From contig CALFRK010000003.1 of the NCBI GenBank assembly GCA_937919625.1, forward strand, positions 8,886-72,885: 64,000 nt of DNA. The letters run 5' to 3'. Each line of letters starts with the position of its first letter. Position 1 is the first letter of the stretch. Below are positions 45,745 to 53,990 of this stretch, piece after piece. The position numbers and the translations under genes were made by a program. Source of the DNA: an uncultured Ilumatobacter sp. GTDB lineage: Bacteria; Actinomycetota; Acidimicrobiia; Acidimicrobiales; Ilumatobacteraceae. The notes beneath the pieces were generated by a model. The model was not told the DNA's origin and did no database searches. It saw only the letters and a list, made by a program, of their open reading frames with translations.

Positions 45745-46329
45745 ATGACCACCGTGCCTCGGCGTGCCGTTCTGCTACTCCCGCTGCTCATCGTTGCGTG
45801 CGGCGAAGACGGCGCTGCGAACGGGACTGGGTTGTCAGTCACCCCCACTTCCGCCACCACGGCCACCATGGTTTCGAGGTCACCACAGGCTGCCGAGCAG
45901 ACGACGACAACCTTCGGTCCAACGACAACGGTTGACCGAGAAGCTCTCAACGCGACGTGGGCTCTGAGCGGCAGTTGGTTGATTCACGATTCCGGCGTCA
46001 ACGATGCCGACATACAAGGTTTCGCGGCCTTCAACCCACAAGTCTCTAACGATCGCTTCGTCTCAACCGGCCACGGCCCGTGTTTCCTATTCGGCGGACG
46101 CGCTGTCGAGACAGATGGGATGACGCAGGTCGTACCGATCGAAGATGCATCCGAACCTGCCGTTGAGTGCGATCCCGGACCAGCTACCGACACGTACAGC
46201 CAGGTGGTCGAGTGCCTCCAAGCCGGATGTCAGCTCGACCTGGCCGGTGACGTTCTGCGCCTGTCGACCGGCACCGGGCAACGTGTCGCCGACCTGATCC
46301 GAACAACCAACGAGATCCCGCCATGGTAG
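45745..46329 (+). CDS. lipoprotein, possibly META (HslJ-like) domain
   Basis: Lipobox LLIVAC and a Thr-rich linker. WALSGSW...GHGPCFLFGG...VECDPGP...CLQAGCQLDLAGDVLRLS loosely fits the META pattern. Confidence 0.5.
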   Translation: MTTVPRRAVLLLPLLIVACGEDGAANGTGLSVTPTSATTATMVSRSPQAAEQTTTTFGPTTTVDREALNATWALSGSWLIHDSGVNDADIQGFAAFNPQVSNDRFVSTGHGPCFLFGGRAVETDGMTQVVPIEDASEPAVECDPGPATDTYSQVVECLQAGCQLDLAGDVLRLSTGTGQRVADLIRTTNEIPPW

Positions 46330-46800
46330 GTCTCACCCTCCCCGCCCATATCAGCGACGCGTGAAGCCCACTCACCAGCACGCAGCGCGACGCTTGAGGT
46401 CGGGTGTCTCGACCGCGGCTGACCGCTCGTTATCGCGGACCGAAACGCTCGGACGCGCTCCGCGCTTCGGGTGACGCCATGCGGCGGAACCTGGTCAAGA
46501 CGCGCCTCGTGACGTTCACCCGCCGCGGTCGCTCGGCATGCTGCACCGGCTCTGGAGCGATACGCGCACAGATCTGTAGATCCGTGTCACCGCTGAAATA
46601 CGCGTAACGAGCAGAACGCGCGAGCAGAACGACGCCATCGCAACGATCGAGCACAGATCGGCGTGCATCGGGCGCGTCTTGCGCGCTGGTTGGGTGATGC
46701 CCGTCTCGCGACGATCGCGATCGCGCGATGTGCGGCTCGGGTAGGTATCGCGCGACGCAGCAGCTCGGGGGATTCTGCGTTCCTGTTTTTCGGCTACGGA

Positions 46801-47046
46801 TTAGTCGATGATGATGAGGCGTGGAACCCCAGCGAAGACACCGTCAGCCGTGACCAAGGCGATGCCGAGGTGAATGGCACTGGCCGCAACCCACAACTCG
46901 TTGGCATGAACACGATCGGCCAACTGCTGGGTCACGCAAACAGTGACGGAGACGAGATCTCGTAGCAAGATCCGCCCAGAACGACGGCGCAGATTCGCGC
47001 CCGCCAGCAACGGCGTCACGAGTGCCGATCGAAGCGCTTCCGCGCC
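46801..47046 (-). pseudogene. C-terminal part of a PIN-domain (VapC) gene, N-terminal half missing or degenerate
   Basis: ...NELWVAASAIHLGIALVTADGVFAGVPRLIIID*. There is no plausible full-length start. The long track ORF 46801..47403 runs through the tRNA-Lys gene. Confidence 0.45.
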
Positions 47047-47232
47047 CGACTTAAGTCTTCGCGGGCACTTCTGGCATTCATGCCGGGTGCGGTATGGAGC
47101 GCTCGGTGAGGGTCGCGAAGTGGTGGCCAGTGAGTGGCCTGCAGCGACCCGGTAGCGACCCGGTTTCTTTCGCGCTCTACTGGGATCTCTCCAGAAATGA
47201 CAAAACCCCAGCGTGTGCTGAGGTTTCGTGTG

Positions 47233-47304
47233 TCCGCCCCCTGGGATTCGAACCCAGAACCAATGGATTAAGAGTCCACTGCTCTGCCATTGAGCTAGAG
47301 GCGG
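47233..47304 (-). tRNA. tRNA-Lys (anticodon CUU)
   Basis: Hand-folded cloverleaf: acceptor ccgcctc/ggggcgg, D arm gctc-aatggca-gagc, anticodon arm gtgga-cTCTTAa-tccat, T arm ctggg-ttcgaat-cccag, discriminator A. CCA is not encoded. Confidence 0.8.
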
Positions 47305-47308
47305 TTTG

Positions 47309-47360
47309 CGCCCAGGCAGTGTAGGCGCCGACTGATCGACACCAACTGCCTGGGCGTTTT
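47309..47360 (+). terminator. 12-bp-stem hairpin followed by TTTT in the tRNA-His/tRNA-Lys spacer (terminator-like on the + strand)
   Basis: cgcccaggcagt (47309..47320) pairs with actgcctgggcg (47345..47356). The loop is 24 nt, followed by tttt. Confidence 0.35.
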
Positions 47361-47363
47361 GAG

Positions 47364-47438
47364 GGTGACCGAGGGGACTTGAACCCCCGACCTCCAGGAT
47401 CACAACCTGGCGCTACCACCAGCTGAGCTACGGCCACC
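47364..47438 (-). tRNA. tRNA-His (anticodon GUG) with encoded G-1
   Basis: G-1 plus acceptor gtggccg/cggtcac, anticodon arm ccagg-ttGTGat-cctgg, T arm ggggg-ttcaagt-cccct, and C73 opposite G-1. Confidence 0.85.
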
Positions 47439-47525
47439 ATGTCGTGGACCAGGTCCACTGTGTGAGCCGACATTCTGCCAGCTTCGATTCCATTCGACAC
47501 ACCTCGGTTTCGCGAGACTTCGGAT

Positions 47526-48734
47526 GTGACGACTACTTCCCCCCTCCAACAGGTTGACGCGGCGATCGATGCGGTGCTCGCCAGCCACGATCCCGCCGCC
47601 ACCGCCGACATCGATTTGCGCCGCGCTCGCTACGACGCCGGGCTGGCCTGGGTCCACTTCCCAGTCGGATTTGGTGGTCTCGGAATGCGCCCCGACCTCA
47701 ACCGCCACATCGACAGGCGCTTCCGCGAAGCGGGTGCAGCGGCGACCGATCCGACCACCTTCTTCATGGCGCTGGCCGGCCCGACGATCGTCACCCACGG
47801 CAGCGATGAGCAGAAGCGGCGCTTCCTGCGCCCGATGTTCACCGGCGAAGAAAAGTGGTGCCAGTTGTTCTCCGAGCCTGGCGCCGGATCCGACTTCGCT
47901 GGGCTCGCCTGCAGGGCGATCCGCGACGGTGACGAATGGATCGTCAACGGCCAGAAGGTTTGGAACACGCTGGCCCACTTGGCCGACTGGGGCATGCTCG
48001 TCACCCGCAGCGACCCCGACCTGCCCAAGCACAAGGGCATGACGTATTTCGCGCTCGACATGCATTCTGAGGGTGTCGAGGTGCGTCCGCTGCGCCAGAT
48101 CACCGGCGAAGCGGAGTTCAACGAGGTCTACATGACCGATGCCCGCCTGCCCGATGCCAACCGGATCGGCGCTGAGGGCGAAGGGTGGCGGGCCTCGCTG
48201 ACGACGCTGATGAACGAGCGTTCGGCGATCGGTGGCGGCTCGGCCGGCGGCGGAAAGCCTCGCCGCGGCGGCGCAGCCAACGACGCGATCGCCGTATGGA
48301 ACGCGATCGACGAATCCGAACGCACCGGTGCCCGCAAGGACGAGCTGATGCGACTGTGGGTGCGCGGAGAGGTCGGCCGGCTGACCAACGTGAGGGCGGC
48401 CGAGGCTGCCAGGGCAGGCAACCCCGGTCCCGAGATGTCGATCGCCAAGCTCGAGTTCTCCGAGTTCAACAAGCTGCTCTATAACTTTTGTATCGACCTG
48501 ATGGGCATGGAGGGCCAGATCGGCTACGACTACACCTATCGTCGCCCCACCGAGCTCGATGCCACCGGGGTCAACAAGGGGCTTCAGTACGCATTCTTGC
48601 GGGTCCGTGCGAACTCGATCGAGGGTGGCACCTCCGAGATTCTTCGCAACATCATCGGCGAGCAGGTGCTTGGCCTACCTGGCGAGCCGCGCGTCGACAA
48701 GGAACTCCCCTGGGGGCAGGTGCCGCGCAACTGA
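47526..48734 (+). CDS. acyl-CoA dehydrogenase family protein
   Basis: 402 aa with FSEPGAGSD, W..NGQKVW.T and a C-terminal IEGGTSEI..N.I motif. Confidence 0.85.
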   Translation: MTTTSPLQQVDAAIDAVLASHDPAATADIDLRRARYDAGLAWVHFPVGFGGLGMRPDLNRHIDRRFREAGAAATDPTTFFMALAGPTIVTHGSDEQKRRFLRPMFTGEEKWCQLFSEPGAGSDFAGLACRAIRDGDEWIVNGQKVWNTLAHLADWGMLVTRSDPDLPKHKGMTYFALDMHSEGVEVRPLRQITGEAEFNEVYMTDARLPDANRIGAEGEGWRASLTTLMNERSAIGGGSAGGGKPRRGGAANDAIAVWNAIDESERTGARKDELMRLWVRGEVGRLTNVRAAEAARAGNPGPEMSIAKLEFSEFNKLLYNFCIDLMGMEGQIGYDYTYRRPTELDATGVNKGLQYAFLRVRANSIEGGTSEILRNIIGEQVLGLPGEPRVDKELPWGQVPRN

Positions 48735-48746
48735 TCTCGAGTTTCC

Positions 48747-48782
48747 CGCAGCAGCGATCGCGACGTTGAGATCGCTGCTGCG
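48747..48782 (+). terminator. 13-bp perfect-stem hairpin 13 nt after the acyl-CoA dehydrogenase stop
   Basis: cgcagcagcgatc-gcgacgttga-gatcgctgctgcg. There is no T tract, which is common in high-GC actinobacteria. Confidence 0.5.
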
Positions 48783-48990
48783 AGCGGTCGTGTGCGGCAT
48801 CGACCTTGGGCCGGCAGGGCTGGGTGTGGGCCGCAGGCTGCACCGTCCGGGTCGCTAGCGACCCACGGTCGCGCCTCGAACGAGCACTGTCAACTCGCAA
48901 GGTCAGGTAGCTCGATCGAGTGCCGTCTGAACGTGGGCATCGGCCCGCCCGTAGGCTGGAGCGACAACCTCACAGAAAGCACCGATAACC

Positions 48991-50349
48991 GTGTCGAGCC
49001 ACAGCGAACTTGTTGCCAAGGCGAAAGACATCACGGCCCGTGAAATGGCCGTTTACTCGCAGCGCACGCGTCACTCGCAGATCGCGACTGAGCGAGCTCG
49101 CAAGGTGATGCCAGCCGGCGTACCGTCCAGCTTTCAGGTCTACGACCCGTGGCCGATCGTGGTCAAGCACGCCCTGGGCTGTCGAATGATCGACCTCGAC
49201 GACAACGAGTATGTCGACTACGACATGGGCTTCGGTGCCCTGTTCGCCGGCCACATGAATCCCGCCGTCCGCAAGGCAGTGGTCGCTCAACTCGACCACG
49301 GAACCCTGTACGTCACGCCGTGCGAGCTCAACGCCGACGTCGGCGAGCTGCTTGCCGAGCGCTATGGCCTGCCGATGTGGCGGCCCACCAATTCGGGCAC
49401 AGAGGCGACCCACGACGCGATCCGGCTCGCCCGCGGCGTCACCGGCCGCGAGAAGATAGTCAAGGTCGAGGGCGGCTATCACGGGCACCACGACGAGGTC
49501 ATGGTGTCCAACAAGCCGGCGCTCGATGTTGCCGGCCCGGCCGACCGCCCCAACTCCGTTCCGCAATCGCTCGGTATCACCAAGAGCACCCTCGAGGACG
49601 TCGTCGTGATTCCGTACAACGACGCCGAGGCTCTCGAATGGGCGCTGTCGGGCAACGATGTCGCGTGCTTCATTGTCGAGCCGGTGATGGAGAACATCGG
49701 CATCTGCCTACCCGACGACGGCTACCTGCAGGCCGTCCGCAAGATCTGCGATGCCACTGGCACTCTGCTGATCTTCGATGAGGTGAAGACCGGCATCACA
49801 GCCGGCTATGGCGGCGCCACCAACCAACTGGGTGTGCAACCCGACATCGTCACCCTCGCCAAGTCGATCGGCGGCGGATTCCCGGTCGGTGTGTTCGGCG
49901 GCAAGGCCGAGTACATGGACCTCATAACACAGGGCAAGGTGTTGCATCTAGGCACATACAACGGCAACCCGCTCGTCATGGCGGCGGTCAAGGCCACCCT
50001 CACCGAAGCCTGCACCCGCGAGACGATCGAGGCTGCCATCGCCCGCAACACCCTGCTCGTCGACGCCTGCCAGACGGTTATCGACTCGTCCGGCATCCCA
50101 GCCCACACTGTTCAGTTCGGCGCCAAGGGCTGTATCACGTGGAGCGAGTCGCGGGTGCGCAACTACCGCGACTACAAGGCCACCGACTTCGATCTTGCTT
50201 TCGCTCAATGGATCCACGGGATCAACCGCGGCATCCTGTTGCCGCCTGGCCTCGACGAGCAGTGGCTGATCTCAGTGATGCACGACGACACCGACGCCAT
50301 GATGTACGCCAACGTGTTCCGCCTGTTTGTCGACGAACTCACAAGCTGA
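48991..50349 (+). CDS. class-III aminotransferase (glutamate-1-semialdehyde aminomutase-like)
   Basis: DYDMGFGALFAGH, NSGTEATHDAIRLAR, YHGHHD, LIFDEVKTG and TLAKSIGGGFP. Confidence 0.8.
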   Translation: MSSHSELVAKAKDITAREMAVYSQRTRHSQIATERARKVMPAGVPSSFQVYDPWPIVVKHALGCRMIDLDDNEYVDYDMGFGALFAGHMNPAVRKAVVAQLDHGTLYVTPCELNADVGELLAERYGLPMWRPTNSGTEATHDAIRLARGVTGREKIVKVEGGYHGHHDEVMVSNKPALDVAGPADRPNSVPQSLGITKSTLEDVVVIPYNDAEALEWALSGNDVACFIVEPVMENIGICLPDDGYLQAVRKICDATGTLLIFDEVKTGITAGYGGATNQLGVQPDIVTLAKSIGGGFPVGVFGGKAEYMDLITQGKVLHLGTYNGNPLVMAAVKATLTEACTRETIEAAIARNTLLVDACQTVIDSSGIPAHTVQFGAKGCITWSESRVRNYRDYKATDFDLAFAQWIHGINRGILLPPGLDEQWLISVMHDDTDAMMYANVFRLFVDELTS

Positions 50350-50454
50350 AACAGATCATTCAGGTCGTTCTCGTGGCGATAGGTCGCAAGGACGACCGAT
50401 GATCGCCCAAATGGCGGACGTGAAGCGGTACCACAATCGGGCAGACTCTTTGTT

Positions 50455-51384
50455 GTGGAAGTGATCACCGCCGAGGGGCTGACGATGCAGTTCGGGTCGC
50501 AGCGCGCCCTCGACGCCCTCGACGTGACCGTCGAGGGCGGCGTGACCGGCCTCGTTGGGGCGAACGGATCTGGCAAGACCACCTTCATGAGTCTCGTGCT
50601 CGGCTTGCGTCCGCCCACATCAGGATCGGTCGAGGTGCTGGGGCTCGACCCGGCCCATCATGGCTCCGAGTTGCGGGCGCTGGTCGGGTACGGCCCCGAA
50701 CGCAACCTGTTCCCTGAGGAGATGCCCGCGTCCGATTTCGTCAAGCATCTCGCCGAGGTTCGTGGTATGCCTCGCACCGAGGCGCGCGGCCGTGCCAGCG
50801 ACGCGCTGTGGTTGGTCGGGCTGGGCGAGGAGCGGTTTCGTCCGCTCGGTACGATGTCGACCGGTCAGCGCCAGCGCGTCAAGTTGGCCCAGGCTCTCGC
50901 TGCCGATCCGTCACTGATTCTGCTCGACGAGCCCACCGACGGACTCGACCCGGTACAGCGCGATGAGATGCTGGCCCTGATCCGGCAGATCAGCACCGAG
51001 TACCGCATCGATGTCTTGCTCTCATCGCACCTGCTCGAGGAGGTCGAACGGATCTGTGATCACGTCGTTGCCCTCGATGCGGGCCGTCTCGTCGCCCAGG
51101 GCCGCCTCGATGTGCTCGTGGGCCACGACGAGGGCGTGCTGGTCGAACTGATCGAAATCGGCGATCACCCAAATGCTCTCGCCGAGGTGATCGCCGCCCT
51201 TCAGCTTGGTGGCCTGGAAGTGCGCACCGAGCAAGGTTCGAACCGGATCGAGGTGCTCGGCACCGACATCGACCTGATCGCCGACAGCGTGCGCGACGCC
51301 GTTGCCGACGCCCACGGCAGGATCGGTCGGATCGTCCGTCGTCGGCGCCGCTTGGAAGATCTGTTCGAAGGTGCCGAACGATGA
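50455..51384 (+). CDS. ABC transporter ATP-binding protein
   Basis: GANGSGKTT, MSTGQRQRV and LLDEPTDGLD, plus a C-terminal extension. Confidence 0.85.
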   Translation: MEVITAEGLTMQFGSQRALDALDVTVEGGVTGLVGANGSGKTTFMSLVLGLRPPTSGSVEVLGLDPAHHGSELRALVGYGPERNLFPEEMPASDFVKHLAEVRGMPRTEARGRASDALWLVGLGEERFRPLGTMSTGQRQRVKLAQALAADPSLILLDEPTDGLDPVQRDEMLALIRQISTEYRIDVLLSSHLLEEVERICDHVVALDAGRLVAQGRLDVLVGHDEGVLVELIEIGDHPNALAEVIAALQLGGLEVRTEQGSNRIEVLGTDIDLIADSVRDAVADAHGRIGRIVRRRRRLEDLFEGAER

Positions 51385-52244
51385 GCGACGCTCAAATTCT
51401 TGATCGGGGCTATCGCCGCTTCGAAGGCAAGCGTTCGGGCGTCGTGGGCGCCATGAGGTCGGTGGCGTGGCACACCGTTCGCAGCATCCTGGGGCTCGGG
51501 CGCAAGGGCCGCCATAAGGTGTTTCCGATCATCGTGCTGGTGGTGTCGTTCGTGCCTGCGGTCGCCTTCATGGCGCTAGCGGTGCTGATCGGCGACTTGA
51601 TGCAGGGCGAGCTGCGCCCTGAGTACTGGGAGATGTTCGGATTCTCCTTCGTGGCCACGATCGTGTTCGTGGCGTTGGTTGCGCCCGAGGCGATCGTTCG
51701 CGACCGACGCGACGGCATGTTTTCGTTGTACTTGTCAACGCCGCTCTCTCGCCCCAGCTATCTGTTCGCCAAAGTGCTCGCCGTGCTTTCCACGATGTCG
51801 CTTATCGTGCTAGGGCCACCGGTGCTCTGGCTGCTCGGCTACACATTCCAGAGTCAGGGTCCCGACGGAATCGTCGGTTGGCTAAGCGTGATGGGTCGGA
51901 TCCTGCTCGCCGGTCTGGCGATCTGCACCATCTATACGGCGGTCAGCCTCGGCGTGTCCAGCCTTACCGACCGCCGGGCGTTCGCCAGCATCGCTGTGGT
52001 ATTCGTAATGCTGGGGGCCTCGATCTCTGCAGGCGTTTTGGTCAACGTGGCAGATCTCAGCGCGAACTGGCGGATCCTCGATCCGATCACTGGGGCACTC
52101 GAGATCGCTCCGCGTTTGTTCGGCGATCGCGGCGACGAGATGCGAGGAGTCAGTACGTGGCTTGTTCTGCTCGGCAACGCCGGCTGGACAGCGCTCGGTT
52201 CGGCACTGCTCTTCGGCCGCTATCGCAAACTGGCGGCGATCTGA
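51381..52244 (+). CDS. ABC-2-type permease
   Basis: About 6 TM segments. Its start overlaps the upstream stop (ATGA). Confidence 0.7.
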   Translation: MSDAQILDRGYRRFEGKRSGVVGAMRSVAWHTVRSILGLGRKGRHKVFPIIVLVVSFVPAVAFMALAVLIGDLMQGELRPEYWEMFGFSFVATIVFVALVAPEAIVRDRRDGMFSLYLSTPLSRPSYLFAKVLAVLSTMSLIVLGPPVLWLLGYTFQSQGPDGIVGWLSVMGRILLAGLAICTIYTAVSLGVSSLTDRRAFASIAVVFVMLGASISAGVLVNVADLSANWRILDPITGALEIAPRLFGDRGDEMRGVSTWLVLLGNAGWTALGSALLFGRYRKLAAI

Positions 52245-53224
52245 TGGGTGACTGGGCGCCTCCCACCGCTCAACCAGCTGTGGCTTCGGCGCCGGTGGTT
52301 CCCGATTCGAACGCGATCGTCGCGGTCACCAACGTCACCAAGTCGTTCGGCGATGTCGTCGCCGTTTCGGATGTCACGTTTACGGTCGGGCCGGGAGTCA
52401 CCGCATTGCTCGGTCCGAACGGGGCCGGCAAGTCGACGTTGTTCCGTGTGATGTGCGGATTGACGGCACCGACCCGTGGCACTGTGCGGGTGCTGGGCGC
52501 TGATGCCCGCAACGATCGCGCCGTGCGTGGCCGGATCGGCCTGGCCCCCCAGCAGGACGCGCTGTTCGACCGCCTCTCGGCTCGCCGATTCGTCGAGGTC
52601 GCGGCCAAGACCCATGGGGTCGTCGACGCCGACACGGCTGCTCGCGGAGTGCTCGATCTGGTCGACCTCGATGCTGACGACCCGAAGGTGGTCGGTGCTT
52701 TTTCGAAGGGCATGCGCCAACGGGTCAAGCTGGCCGCCGCACTCGTTCACGAGCCCGACCTGTTGATTCTCGACGAGCCGCTGACTGGCCTCGATCCATT
52801 GCAGCGCAACCGCATGATCCGACTGTTCCATCAGCTCGGCGACGACGGCAAATGTCTGCTCGTGTCGAGCCATGTGCTCGACGAGGTGGCGCGGCTCGGC
52901 TCGCGCGTGCTCGTGATCGCCCAGGGCCGGCTGGCCGCCACGGGCGACTACCGCGACTTGCGCGGTCTGATGGACGATCGCCCGCACCGCATTCGCGTCG
53001 CCGCTGACGGCGCTCGCGTTCTGGCGGCAGCGCTGGTCGAGCGCGACCTGGTGAACGGTGTGTCGATCTCCACCGATTCGTTGATGATCGACACCAACGA
53101 TGTCGACCGCTTCGGTCGTCACATCGCTCTGGTTGCCAAGCAGTGTGGCGTACGCCTACGTGAAGTCGAGCCGACCGACGACGACCTCGAGTCTGTCTTT
53201 CGGTATTTGGTGGAGCGACGATGA
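52244..53224 (+). CDS. ABC transporter ATP-binding protein (second copy)
   Basis: GPNGAGKST, FSKGMRQRV and LILDEPLTGLD. The ATG at 52244 overlaps the upstream TGA by 1 nt. Confidence 0.85.
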   Translation: MGDWAPPTAQPAVASAPVVPDSNAIVAVTNVTKSFGDVVAVSDVTFTVGPGVTALLGPNGAGKSTLFRVMCGLTAPTRGTVRVLGADARNDRAVRGRIGLAPQQDALFDRLSARRFVEVAAKTHGVVDADTAARGVLDLVDLDADDPKVVGAFSKGMRQRVKLAAALVHEPDLLILDEPLTGLDPLQRNRMIRLFHQLGDDGKCLLVSSHVLDEVARLGSRVLVIAQGRLAATGDYRDLRGLMDDRPHRIRVAADGARVLAAALVERDLVNGVSISTDSLMIDTNDVDRFGRHIALVAKQCGVRLREVEPTDDDLESVFRYLVERR

Positions 53225-53961
53225 GCGGCTTCGTCCCTCCGGTCCGTGCCGTGCGCCTGTCGTACGGCATCGTGCTACGACAGCTCGTCACCCGCGGTCG
53301 AATCGCCGCTCTCGTATTGGTCGGAGCGGTGGTCATCGCGATTGCGATCGCCGTCGGTGCTTCCGATGGTGGTCGCATTGATCCGGTCGAGCGAGGCGTG
53401 CGGTTGATTTCCGACCTCGGCTTCACGACGCTGTTGCCGATCGTGGCGCTGGTGTTCGCTTCGGCGGCGCTCGGCGACATGCGCGAGGACGGCACGCTGG
53501 TCTATCTGTGGTTGCGCCCCATGGATCGCTGGCCTGTCGTCGTTGGTGCCTGGCTGGCTTCGATCACACTCAGCTTGCCGCTGACTATCGTGCCACTTGT
53601 GGTCTCGGCGGTCGCCGTCGATGGAGGTAGCGAACTGATCTCGGCGACGGTGCTGGCCGGTGCGATCGGGGTAATCGCCTACTCGGCGCTGTTCGTGTTG
53701 CTCGGTCTGTTGCTCAAGAACCCGATCGTGTGGGGCCTCGGCTACATCCTGATCTGGGAGGGCATCGTCGCCGCCTTCGGCAGCTTTGCGGCCAAGCTGG
53801 CGATCCGCGGGTACACCCGCTCGATCCTGACCTCGATCACCGACGTCAACCTCGACCTCGGCGATCTGTCTTTGCCTGTCGGCGTGGTCGTTCCGCTCGT
53901 GATCGCCGCCGCAGCTTTGGCGCTGGCCGGTGCTCGCCTGCGCACGATCGATGTCGCCTGA
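53221..53961 (+). CDS. ABC-2-type permease (second copy)
   Basis: Multi-TM protein. Its start overlaps the upstream stop (ATGA). Confidence 0.65.
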   Translation: MSGFVPPVRAVRLSYGIVLRQLVTRGRIAALVLVGAVVIAIAIAVGASDGGRIDPVERGVRLISDLGFTTLLPIVALVFASAALGDMREDGTLVYLWLRPMDRWPVVVGAWLASITLSLPLTIVPLVVSAVAVDGGSELISATVLAGAIGVIAYSALFVLLGLLLKNPIVWGLGYILIWEGIVAAFGSFAAKLAIRGYTRSILTSITDVNLDLGDLSLPVGVVVPLVIAAAALALAGARLRTIDVA

Positions 53962-53990
53962 CGCTCGCGATCGGGTAGGGGAGTGGGTCG

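Larger units (their letters stand above)
44616..47232. mobile_element. decayed integrative-element / TA-module remnant abutting the tRNA-Lys 3' end (boundaries approximate, no integrase left)
   Basis: Excisionase pseudogene, PIN fragments, a microsatellite, diverged direct repeats, ORFs with weaker GC3 bias, and an adjacent tRNA pair. Confidence 0.35.

Noticed and set aside
46404-46654. Overlapping 67-aa (+) and 74-aa (-) ORFs
   Set aside because: Neither has motifs or convincing codon bias. The region is better explained as a decayed copy of the vapC 3' end plus repeat B.
47047-47611. Long ORFs running through 47.1-47.6 kb (N-terminal part of 46801..47403, plus 47094..47324 and 47177..47611)
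   Set aside because: They read through the tRNA-Lys and tRNA-His genes. The GFEPRT-type peptides are the usual artefact of translating tRNA T-arms.
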